A stretch of 64,000 nt of DNA, from the NCBI RefSeq assembly GCF_001194135.2, contig NC_068992.1, positions 19,773,443 through 19,837,442 of the forward strand, given 5' to 3'. Shown here in pieces: positions 1 to 11,159 of this stretch (positions are counted from its first letter, which is position 1; the number at the start of each line of letters is the position of its first letter). Source of the stretch: Octopus bimaculoides (lineage: Eukaryota). The notes below the pieces were generated by a model that worked only from the letters and a program-made list of their open reading frames with translations, was not told the DNA's origin and did not search any database. The position numbers and the translations under genes are program-made.

Positions 1-29
1 CGAGCTGCAAATTCCAGGATCATACGTGA

Positions 30-30
<1 letters not shown>

Positions 31-63
<33 letters not shown>

Positions 64-88
64 AGAGAGAGAGAGAGAGAGAGAGAGA
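31..88. repeat. Compound (TA)n(GA)n microsatellite
   Basis: Read directly; the same compound motif recurs at 329-398. Confidence 0.95.
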
Positions 89-222
89 TTACCATTCCGA
101 AATATAGCTATGTATATGTTGTTATATTTTGGGATTGTCATTTCTGTTTTGCCAAATAAACACACACTCTATATATCCATCTTATCACTCGTGTATTACT
201 GTTCTTATTGTAACTGATGTCC

Positions 223-271
223 AATGTCCGGAGATCTATCGCCACACATCTGTGACCTCTTCAGCGACATT
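223..271 (-). ncRNA. Type I hammerhead ribozyme-like fold, degenerate (GAAA read as GATA)
   Basis: Minus strand reads aatgtcg-CTGAAGA-g-gtcac-agatgt-gtggc-GATA-gatc-T-C-cggacatt. Stem I aatgtcg/cg(g)acatt, stem II gtcac/gtggc, palindromic stem III AGATCT, cleavage triplet CUC. One core substitution (A14 to U). Confidence 0.7.
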
Positions 272-326
272 TCCACCCTCCTGTATCTTCCTGCTCCGCT
301 TAGTCCATTCTTACAAATTCATAAAA

Positions 327-328
<2 letters not shown>

Positions 329-398
<70 letters not shown>
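329..398. repeat. Compound (TA)n(GA)n microsatellite
   Basis: Read directly. Confidence 0.95.
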
Positions 399-649
399 TT
401 GCGTGTGTATGTATGTGTGTATGTGCATGTATGTATGAGTGTATTCATGTAAGATCCTGGAATTATGTATGTGTACGATACATATAAACAAACAGACGAG
501 GGAAAAATAATTAAATATATGTACTTCAGTTAATTTATCGGATGTTGAAGCTTCCGTACGTTGGGACCATTAGTTTCGTTTTCCATTTCTGGAGAAGAAA
601 CTGAACTTGGAATAAATTCTTTCGACAACAGGTAAAAGGCCGAAAAGAT

Positions 650-838
650 TTGGAGGATAAGGCTTATCGATTACATCGATTCAGGTACTTATTGACTGAT
701 ACTGAATTATTGGACCACTGAACCACGAAAGGATGAAAGGCGAAGTCGACCTCAACGGAATTTGAACTCAGAACATAAAACCGGAAGAAATGCTGCCAAG
801 GATTTTGTCCGGCTAACGATTCTGTCAGCTCGTCGCCT
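650..838 (-). mobile_element. SINE family A copy, diverged
   Basis: Reverse complement aligns by eye to the 2237-2457 copy (gaaaggatgaaaggcgaagtcgacctc...gaatttgaactcagaac...ctaacgattctg). Confidence 0.85.
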
Positions 839-866
839 ATACTTAGAATAAATTGATGTGTTTGTG

Positions 867-899
<33 letters not shown>

Positions 900-2236
900 T
901 TTGGAACTAATTATTAGCTTGATCATAAGCAAAGTAGCCGTTCGCAAAATTTGAACGCAAATGTTTTAGCAAATGATGCCATGACGCTCGAAATCTACCG
1001 TTTTTATGCCAGTATACACACATTCTTAAAGATAGTCAAAACACGCTAACCAAAATCTTAAAGACATAACACGCCATCTTAGAACGTAAAGACATAAACG
1101 AATAAAGTTAATGGTGTAACATATCTCTTTATAAACGAAATAGATTAGATTAGAAATTTCATTTATCACGGCCGTACAACACGTTCTCCTGACATAACTG
1201 GTTAAATCAATCACCGGTAATCGTCGATTCTTGATAGACGTGAACAACATTAGAACTATCGAGAAAAGTGTTTGATAACTATCAATAATAGATCGAAAAA
1301 TATTTCCTTATAACAACCCTGAAGCAAAATGGTGTATTGATAGCTAACAACGTTGATTTTATTGTGGAGAGAGCAGAGCTGGATATGATCTAGATGCTTT
1401 CCTTTCTAACTAGGAATATTAGTTTAACAAATACATAGTTTATCAAATATATCTAATCTATTCAGATCTCTCCCCCACGCACACGCCTCCAGACGATTCC
1501 CACCACCAGCTTATGTCTCTAATCATTAATATTTCCACTGTATATTTATTCAGTTATCGACAGTTATGATATCGTATGAATAATTCCGAGATGTCTTGAT
1601 ATGATTACTCTAGTGCAACTTATGAAATGATAGTATGCGTGCGTGTGTGTGCGTGCGCGTGCGCGTTTATACGTAAGTTGGAGGAGTCTTTCTATTTCCT
1701 TATTTCTCCGACATTTTGTTTCTTAGGCATTTTAAAAATTATTAGGATAACAAGATATTGTTATATTTATTTTAATATCCCACTGAGAATTGCTTTAGAT
1801 TAATGGTACTTAAGAATCACAGACAGACAGAATGCTGCCTCTATAAAGAAATATTTTCCTAAAATATGTGAAGAAAATAACTATTACTTACAAGTAGGAA
1901 AATCAGTGTTGTTTAGTTTTACGAACAAAGTATTTGAATCTCAAAAGCCCAGTCCAGTTAGCAGTTAATTATATGTAACATTCTAGAAGAGTTGATGTTG
2001 CTGTATAGCCCCAGGTCAGTTTCTATCTTCCTCGCACCTTTTTGCATCAGTAGATACATGCACGTGTGTCTACTTGTATATTAATAACTGTACATCTACC
2101 TATATTTTATATGTGTCAGTCATTCTCTTTCACACTCTCTTAACTCATATAATCGTTTGCTGTGAACTGCCACGTTGCTTCTCTCCTGCCATTTGTTCAA
2201 GAAATAACAGGCGATGGCATTATTTAATGAAAGCTG

Positions 2237-2457
2237 AAGGCGGTGAGCTGGCAGAATCGTTAGCACGCTGGACGAAATGCTTAGCGGCATTTCGCCCGTC
2301 TCTACGTTCTGAGTTCAAATTCCGCCGAGGTCGACTTTGCGTTTCATCCTTTTCGGGGTCGATAAATTAGGTACCAGTGAAACGCTGGGGTCGATATAAT
2401 TAACTAGTCCCCTTTCCCCAAATTTCAGGCCTTGCGCCTATAGTAGTAAAGATTATT
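2237..2457 (+). mobile_element. SINE family A, near full-length reference copy (tRNA-like head, ATT-type tail)
   Basis: ggcggtgagctggcagaatcgttagc (A-box-like), gagttcaaattcc (B-box-like), ctggggtcgat core, ending aaatttcaggccttgcgcctatagtagtaaagattatt. More than 15 related copies in the window. Confidence 0.9.
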
Positions 2458-2870
2458 TGATGCTAGCTTATTTAAAGAAAACGAAAAAGACAAGAGTATG
2501 ATTTAATGACGATTTTACTGCATGTTTGAGAAAGCTGAGCATTTATTATAGAAATATGAATTATGAACGCAGGAAAAAGCATTTAAGAATACGTAATTAA
2601 AGAGCGGAATATGATTTCACTCTTCCATTATATATTTACTATTTCAGAATATCTAATAATGTGGTCGTTTGTTGAACTTTAATACAATTGACTTTTTGAC
2701 GAGAAAATTTATGTATTTGTGTATCTCCCAAGTTGAAATATAATTATACCTAGCGAATCTCGTTTTGCTACCACTTGGTGGTTCTTTGCTGTTCATTCCC
2801 AATACGCGTCATCTTGGCCAGATTGTATTCTACTGCAGCCCCAGACCAACCAATGCCTTTTGAGTAAATT

Positions 2871-3251
2871 TGGCAAATATACTTCACGATGTCATGCAGC
2901 TAATGTTTATACTTCGTTCAGAGATTTATTATTGCTTGTTTACACTTTTTCGAGATCAGTGACTTTTCGTCACTGGAAAAAAAAGATATATATATTTATA
3001 TTGGGAACCACTTCACATCGAGAGCCGGTGATTGTCACACGCTGATGACGGGTTTAGGAACCCGGGTCCGTGTGTATCACGCCTTTGCAAATACTGATAG
3101 GGCTCACAAAGTGTGTCAATAGCCAGTTGGAGGAGGTGTCTTCCTGGGGTTACATGCTACAGTAGCATCCACCCTTAAGGGCTAGCCACATTTAAGTGGC
3201 AAGTATACTTCACGATGTCGTGCAGCTAGTATTTATACCTCGCTCAGAGAT
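2871..3251 (+). mobile_element. Retrozyme-like or Penelope pLTR-like unit: 326-bp monomer plus 55-bp terminal redundancy, containing a hammerhead relic
   Basis: Direct repeats 2871-2925 and 3197-3251 match at 49/55, all six differences being transitions. Hammerhead fold at 3028-3080; further hairpins at 2957-2975 and 3154-3168. Confidence 0.65.
3028..3080 (+). ncRNA. Type I hammerhead ribozyme-like fold lacking 5 nt (AAACC) of the GAAA/stem III region
   Basis: gtgat-tgt-cacacg-CTGATGA-c-gggtt-tagg-aaccc-G[AAACC missing]GGTC-cgtgtg-t-atcac. Stem I 6 bp plus 5 bp around an internal loop, stem II 5 bp with a 4-nt loop, GUC cleavage triplet directly before the 3' strand of stem I. Confidence 0.75.
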
Positions 3252-3808
3252 ATATATATAAGTGCTACTCAGTTGAATTTAATCCAAAACCACTTGGTTT
3301 CAAACCAAGTTTCTTAACGACATAGCCATTCCTGAATCAAGTATATTTTTATTCAGAGTAAAAAAAAAAAAGTCCTAGTCTTGTTCTGGGGTCAGTTCTT
3401 CTCTTTATGTTTGTGGACCAAATCGGTTGTAGTCAGACCTAAAATAGTACAGAGTCTGCTGGGTTTAAAATACCCCAAACTTATTGTATGTTGTGACACC
3501 CCATCCCCACCTCTACCTTCGTCTATGATACATCACTAGTGCAGCGCCCAAGAAAAAACAGGCAAATTATTATATCAGACATTTGTACAATGTTTTATGG
3601 TCTTGATTTCAAGATCTACCGTCTCTCCGAGGAAAATTCTTGAAATATATCATTGTAATTTCCTGAGGTGAGTTTGATCGAAATTACGTATATTCTCAAA
3701 CAAACAAACATACACACAAACTCATCTACATAGATTTTGGCCTGATACCAAATAAAACAACCATTTTGCTTTCACTTATTACTTATTTACTTATCTATTT
3801 ACGTTTAC

Positions 3809-3888
<80 letters not shown>
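3809..3888. repeat. (TTA)n microsatellite
   Basis: Read directly. Confidence 0.95.
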
Positions 3889-3889
<1 letters not shown>

Positions 3890-5251
3890 GGTTGTCGATT
3901 TGAGAATTTGCTAAAAGCCTGGTGGGCAAATCTAAAAGTTCTCCTCACCAAGGCTGTTTCCCAATTCATTTAATTAATAAACAAACCGCGATTGAATCTC
4001 TGAATGTCTGAGATGAAATGCGATGTGATATCATGGGAATTGTTGCCGATCATAGTTTAACCAAATAGAATAGAAATGTTGGTTTTTGCTAGGGACAAAT
4101 CTCGATTTCACTGTCTCAGTTTGATTAATGTGTTTGAAAAAGACGGTAAAAAAAAAAGAAAGACAATAAAAGAGAAAAGGCAATTACGAATAGATCACAA
4201 ATAGGAATATTAAAGAGAATTCGATACCCATTTAATATCTGATACGAATAAGGGTGTTGTAATGTAATATTCAAGTTGCTAAACTTCCCGCTAACAAGCC
4301 GATAATGTCGCTGTAGTTTGGCCTAAGTCTCACCTAGGCGTATATATATATATGTATATATAAACATTGTGCATGTATGTACGTGCTCGTATGTATGTGT
4401 GTGAATGCACATGAGTGTATGTATGTATGTATGTATCTCTTCTGTATTTAGATGTTGAAATACTCCTGTAATGAAGGAGATAGACTCATACAACGATACA
4501 TAGCTCCGTCGTTGGAATGTAGATAACAACTACGTTGTCGTAGTTGGAACATCAGAACAGGCTTGCATATTTTACTTTGTTCCACTTTACAAACTTAATA
4601 ACAATCAATAACACACTGCCATGCAACAATAGAGGATCGTGATACTCCCACCCGTAATGAACTTACTGTGTGCCCTTACGAAAGTAGTGACAGTCTTTCG
4701 TTAACTTAGATACGCGTGGCACTTTGACATCTAAGCAAAAAAGAAAAAAAAATGAATGAAATATGCTGCCAAAATGCCTGCACAAGCAATTACTTTGGTT
4801 GGAGTAAATTTGTGCAGAACGTACCCGGTTTCTCTTCGCAATTGTACACACCCAGGGAGCGCTCAGTGCACAAAGATCAAATATTAAAACATTTAACAGC
4901 TACTCCATCCTTCCTAGGCCGCCAAATCTCTAGAATTTTCTCTAATCTCATGTATTTCTTACAGCTCCAGTCTGGGAAGGGTTGTGAGGGATATGTGCAC
5001 ATCCTCACTGCTTCTTCCATGAGAATCATTTATTGAAAAGAGTATTTTCTCAAGACAAATACATTTCCGAATGGTTAATGCACCAATTGGTGATTTGAGA
5101 AAGAAGAACACAAAATTAACTATATTACTGTTCTCTATCACTGTCCTGTGTGTTTGATCGAGGAGTGGTAATTAAGGATAGTGCTCTTCTGAATAACCAT
5201 TTAATTTATTAACTTTAGATCTAATAATTCTTCGTTAGAGTAGAAGTAGAG

Positions 5252-5252
<1 letters not shown>

Positions 5253-5341
<89 letters not shown>

Positions 5342-5365
5342 GTAGTAGTAGTAGTAGTAGTAGTC
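5253..5365. repeat. (TTA)n/(TAG)n compound microsatellite
   Basis: Read directly. Confidence 0.95.
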
Positions 5366-5439
5366 GTAGCACCAGCAGCAACGGATGACACACTTAGGGA
5401 TCAGTCTCACCATCTGGTGAAGGCTTAATCCGCCATCTA

Positions 5440-5657
5440 CCGTCTATTTTGCCGAACCGCTAAGTTACGCGGACGTAAACACAGTAACACCGATTGCCGT
5501 GCGGTGATTAAGTGACAAACACAGACACAAAGGCACACGCACATAAATGCATACATATACATACCTCGGGCTTCTTCTAGTTTCCGTCTACCAAATCGAA
5601 TCACAAGGTTTTGTTTGGCCCGATGCTATGGAAGAAAACATTCGCCCAAGGTGCCAG
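5440..5657 (-). mobile_element. SINE family B fragment
   Basis: ttttgccgaaccgctaagttac...gtttccgtctaccaaat...aaggtgcca matches the copies at 8272-8820 and 36592-37150. Confidence 0.85.
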
Positions 5658-5659
5658 AC

Positions 5660-5690
<31 letters not shown>

Positions 5691-6369
5691 NNNNNNNNNN
5701 NNNNNNNNNNNNNNNNNNNNNNNNNNNNNNNNNNNNNNATATCAGTATTTATCAACTATCTCTTATAAGTACATATATCTCTAACAAGTTGAAGCTGGCC
5801 TACTGGGACTAATATAATATTGAATATATGATAAAAATCTTTCATAACATCTGACATGATATAGATAAATATCTTGATTCAAATAACTGCAAGCTAGCCT
5901 GAGCGAAAAGAGAAGCTTGAAAGAAGAATGAAAAAAAAAAAAAATAATGGAGTTAAAATATCATAAGCCGTGGAAAAGTCTGTAAAAGTGAAACTTAGTT
6001 ACGAGACCAACAATTATTTCAGAAAAGAAACAACGAAAAAAGAAAAGAAAATATGATTTGCTAAATATAAAAAAATTAAATTTAATATTGCAAAATTTAA
6101 TAAAGCAGGCGCGTAATTTTAATGATTAAATAAGGTGAAATGCTTCTAACTAAAATTATTGGCTTCGTGTTTGAGAAGAATATGTTTTATAGAGAAGTGT
6201 TTATAACTTAGAAGTTCGGCTTTCTAAACGTGACCTTCATTAGTGAGATTTCAGTAGCGGCTTTCGTTATCAGCTTAAAACAGCTGCAAGTCAGAGTTTT
6301 GCTACAACGATGTTGGTGGATGAGAGAAATCAAGGCAATTGATACATTTACTGTTTTATCTTTTTTCTT

Positions 6370-6591
6370 TTATTTGTGTCAGGTTGAGACTGCGTCCATA
6401 CTGGAGCACCTCTCTGAATGGTTTAGTTAAACAAATCGACACCAGTGTTCGTTTTTAAGTTTGGTATATATTTTTTTCCTTTTTTATCCGTCGCTTTCGC
6501 CGAACCACAAATTAGGGGAATTTAAACAAAACAACACAGGTTGTCAGGTGGTGGTAAAGCATAAACACAAACGTGTGAGTGTATATATTTG

Positions 6592-6628
<37 letters not shown>

Positions 6629-6773
6629 AGTGGCTTTTCATCTACTAAGTCCACTCACAAAGTTTTGGTCGACTCTGGTACTTAATTGAAGACACTAGCT
6701 AAAAGTGCCACATAGTGGAACAGAATCCAATACCAGATGGTTTGGAAGCAAACTTCTGAACCACGCATCCATG
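6370..6773 (-). mobile_element. SINE family B copy, diverged, with internal (CA)n
   Basis: Same ordered blocks as 8272-8820: gactgc..catactggagcacc, tcgccgaacc, ccactcacaaag, gtgccac..agtgg. Confidence 0.8.
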
Positions 6774-8078
6774 CTTTTATTTATATATCTCTTTTTTGTT
6801 ATTGCCGGCAGGGAATGATTTAAAATGTGACTCCATAGCATGTACACCCCTTTAAAAGGCTCAGACATATAAGTAATTGGCCGTTAAAAAGGCAACTAGG
6901 AGATGGATATTCTATATCATGTTTTGTTTCCCCGAAAGCTTTTCATTTGACAGCGCATATTATACGCTCTTAACAGCATATAAAACCCGAATTAACGCAA
7001 CGCGAAAAGGCAATATTGAATAGTACACACACACACACACACACACATTCAAAGGGAAAGAGAGTGTGTTTATGTGTGTGAGAGAGAGAGAAAGAAAGAG
7101 AGAGAGAGAGAGAGAGAAGGAAAAATAAAATGAATGAAAGTATGGTNNNNNNNNNNNNNNNNNNNNNNNNNNNNNNNNNNNNNNNNNNNNNNNNNNNNNN
7201 NNNNNNNNNNNNNNNNNNNNNNNNNNNNNNNNNNNNNNNNNNNNNNNNNNNNNNNNNNNNNNNNNNNNNNNNNNNNNNNNNNNNNNNNNNNNNNNNNNNN
7301 NNNNNNNNNNNNNNNNNNNNNNNNNNNATATAATTGTTGAAGCTTTAGAGAGTTTGCCAAAAAAAAAAAAAAGAAGCGAAAGCAAAAGAGACAAAAGAAA
7401 TAAACTGAACTGATACATAAAATAATAAAACATTAAAAACATCCCCTGCAGAATTTCTATGAAGATGAACTATTTCTTAATATGAACGGTCGAATGAAAG
7501 TAAATTAACTTGATTTTGCTGTATTAGCAAAAAAGAAATAAATAATTTAAAATGTGGAAAAAAATATAAATATATTTATAAAATGGAAAAAAGTAAAGAA
7601 GAAATTGCATTATAGCATTCTATGAAATAAGGAAGCGCTTGGAAATAGATTTTATGTTGTTCTCACCGACGTACAAAATGAAGGCAGACACGTGATTTAC
7701 AAATCTATATTTGAAGGTGTAACTTGCAACATATGTATAGGGATGTGCGTGGCACAATTGGTAGGGTGGGGCAAAATAAGTAATTTCCCGTTTCTAGTTA
7801 TCTTTCCCCCTGCCTATTTAAACCATTACAGTGCAAGTATTGGCACTATAATTTTGTACTGTTGCATCATACTTGGGAGTAAATAACTGGTCAGCATAGT
7901 TGTTGAGGTTGAGTGAGTTTGAAACATAGTGAGGTAACAGTAACTGTTGTGTCAAGAAATTAATTCTTAATCGTAACTGAGGTTGCTACTGAAATATCTG
8001 AATAACTTTTGGTGTTTGACGATCCATGTTGTTTTCTCTGTCGGATTCCACGTCAATTTTTCACACACCAAAGTCTAA

Positions 8079-8141
8079 ATTGGGTAAAATGTATCATGAA
8101 GAAGAGAGTGGCTCTCTTCTTCATGATACATTTTACCCAAT
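8079..8141. repeat. Perfect 30-bp inverted repeat with a 3-nt loop
   Basis: attgggtaaaatgtatcatgaagaagagag (8079-8108), tgg, ctctcttcttcatgatacattttacccaat (8112-8141); checked base by base. Confidence 0.97.
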
Positions 8142-8271
8142 AGCAGATCATGAAGAAGCTATAGATAATACCTTCCGTTGAGTTTTCAGATTTAGTCGAT
8201 TTCCATTAATTTCATTATGTGCCATTATTCCATGATCGTCTTTCATTTGACCTAAATATACTCTTTACTCT

Positions 8272-8635
8272 TTTACTCTTTTACTTGTTTCAGTCATTTG
8301 ACTGTGGCCATGCAGGAGCAACGCCTTTAGTCGAGCAAATCGACTCGAGGTCTTATTCTTTGTAAGCCTAGTACTTATTCTATCAGTCTATTTTGCCGAA
8401 GCGCTATGTTACGGAGATATAAACACGCCACCATCGATTGTCAAGTGATGTTGGGGGTACAAACACAAACACACAAAGATATACACACACATACATATAC
8501 AGACATATATANNNNNNNNNNNNNNNNNNNNNNNNNNNNNNNNNNNNNNNNNNNNNNNNNNNNNNNNNNNNNNNNNNNNNNNNNNNNNNNNNNNNNNNNN
8601 NNNNNNNNNNNNNNNNNNNNNNNNNNNNNNNNNNN

Positions 8636-8666
<31 letters not shown>

Positions 8667-8820
8667 TACGACGGGGTTCTTTCAGTTTCTGTCTACCAAA
8701 TCCACTCACAAGGCTTTGGTCCGCCTGAGGCTATAGTAGAAGACACTTGCCCTAGGTGCCACGCAGTGGGACTGAACCTGGAACCATGTGGTTGGTAAGC
8801 AAGCTACTTACCACACATCC
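8272..8820 (-). mobile_element. SINE family B (tRNA head, CORE-like segment, internal microsatellite spanning an N gap)
   Basis: In element sense the head is gtgtggtaagtagcttgcttaccaaccacatggttccaggttcagtcccactgcgtggcacctagggcaagtgtc; the tail is cagtcaaatgactgaaacaagtaaaagag. The acc(t)tgggcaagt block resembles the CORE-SINE post-tRNA segment. Confidence 0.9.
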
Positions 8821-9352
8821 TGCAAGTGTGACCTTTCCAAATGTTTAAGGTGAGATATTGATGTGTACGTGTCTTATCGAATGTAATTTTAAAGAACTGA
8901 GGAAGCAAATTTAGCTTATATTACACTTGCCATTTATATGCTCAAAGAGAACGATAATAATTTTGCGAAATAGTTTTTCAAAATATGTGATAGTGTTTTT
9001 TAATACATTTAGAGAAGGTCATTGGCTTAACTTATATAGTCTTTGTAAGGTAGTGAACATTTGTGAAAAAGTAATGTCTTTTCTCAACGTCAAACATTCA
9101 ATAAAACTCCATTCTCTCTCTCTATATATATATATACATATATATAATTAATGTATGTATACTAAGGTGTCACTCTCGTATTTTGGGAAGTGTACTTTTG
9201 TCACAATCAGTAATGTCAGGAAATATGGTATCCGTGCAATAATTTCAATTTACTGTATCTGCTGGCATAAAAGAAACGTACCTCAATTTCAGCAGTACAT
9301 ATCCAGGGAAGCTTGAGCGTTGGTGATAAAATTAGCTTATGTGTGGCCAAAT

Positions 9353-10016
9353 GTCGCACATAGAATTCCAGGCTGATGTTTTGAGACATTTAGAAGGAAA
9401 AAAAAAGTCTGTGTTGAATACCATCATTAACAGTAACGTTTATGAGATTTGCCGTTCTCTGTGCCTTCTTTTTCTTTGCCTTGTTGCTTTTACTTGATAT
9501 TTGTTAGTCTTATTTTCTTTCATTTTGTAGCTGCATGAAACAATAAATTAAACAAAAAAGAGCTCTTTATATATACACTTAAGTATCGTTCCTTTCACTC
9601 AATAATATCGGCCAAGCGTTGTAAATATGATGTGTTTGTTTAGAGATGCTATATAGGTAAACCAATTTAACGGTAATTCCTTTTAACTGAAAAGGAAAGT
9701 AAGAAATTTTCAAAAGATAAAACGTCGCATATAGGATTCCAGGGTGATGTTTTTAGGCATTTGGAAGGAAAAAAAGTCAGTCTTAAATACCCTCAATAAG
9801 AGTAACGTTTATCAAATTTATCATTTGTCACTTTAACAGTAAATTAAAAATCGAGATCTTTATATATATACTGAAGTACCGTTCGTTTCACTCAGTAATA
9901 TGGTCGAAGCATTATAAATATGATGTGCTTCTTTAGTGATGCTATATAAGTAAATCTTTTTAACTGAAATTCCTTTTAACTGTTAAGGAAAATAACAAAT
10001 TTTCAAAAAATAAAAC
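9353..10016. repeat. Diverged tandem duplication (units 9353-9723 and 9724-10016)
   Basis: Colinear anchors: gtcgcacatagaattccaggctgatg / gtcgcatataggattccagggtgatg; aaatatgatgtg..tttag.gatgctatata; aattccttttaactg..aaggaaa. Confidence 0.9.
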
Positions 10017-11074
10017 ATTTATTGGTGTTATTATTTGCTGCTTTTTTTGCTTAGTATTCGACAATTGATAAATTTAACATGGGATAATATGTCGGCTGAA
10101 TTTATACGACTACATAGAAAAATCCCTGAATCCTAAAATGTTTCGAAAATTCCAAAGAATGTTATTTTATAACTTGCAGAATATCCTATAAAGCAGTGAT
10201 TAAATCAGTTTAATTAGTTTTAGAAATTACAGGAATGATTTATACTCCATGCGCATTTGTGTGTGTAAACTTGTACTTCTGTCTTATCGTTTGACTCCTG
10301 GTAGTGATTTGTTTATGCCTCCTTAAACGTGTAGTTTGGTAAGAGAAAATTAATCGAAATGATAAGTATCAAACGTCAAGTGCTGGGGGACGATTTTATC
10401 GACTGAATCCTTAAAGAAGTACCAGGTTGACCGTACGCCATTAATCGAAAATAAATAAAAAAAAAAAAAAATGAAAGAAGCTAAATTGAGAAGAAAGAAA
10501 GCACCTCACGAAAACACCCGAGTAGCAAGTCACTGGATCAGCGTGAATACTTTACTATTGTGCTGAGTACTTCCATCAATTTTGTCGTTCGTTTCATTTA
10601 ACGTACACGCACACACAAGCAGTCACATATAATTTTCATTGTAACATATGTTTCGCCTTGGAGCAACTTGTTCGGTGTGTGTTGGGAAATAGCTGTATGT
10701 TTAATTATAAATGTGTATGGAAAAAGAGGAGGAGCTAACTTCATAACACCAGTGGAGACCACTAAAGAAGATCTTAAAAATTATGAAGTGGAGTTAAGGA
10801 GGGAGGAATATGAAGTAAGGCTTAGCTGAAAAGAAGGAAGGGCATGTTAGCATACTTGGCATATCAACGAGAAATCTAAGAGAAAGCAATCGTGAGATGC
10901 TGAGAACTGCGAACCTCTTTGTGAGTGAGTGTGTGTGTGTGTGTGTATGTATACAATCATAAAATAACTTCGATGTTACATGTGAAAAATACATCGTGTT
11001 TCATACAGGAAACACGCCTCTGAAACACACACACTCACACATGTGTTTCTGTTTGTGTATGTGAATGAATGCAA

Positions 11075-11159
<85 letters not shown>

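Noticed and set aside
4941-5036. Good 3' splice-site-like signal (ctctaat...tttcttacag at 4964)
   Set aside because: All downstream frames close within about 25 codons and there is no convincing donor.
10720-10830. Short frame GKRGGANFITPVETTKEDLKNYEVELRREEYEVRLS resembling an RTE C-terminus
   Set aside because: Too short, purine-rich, and without the RGRP or W anchors.
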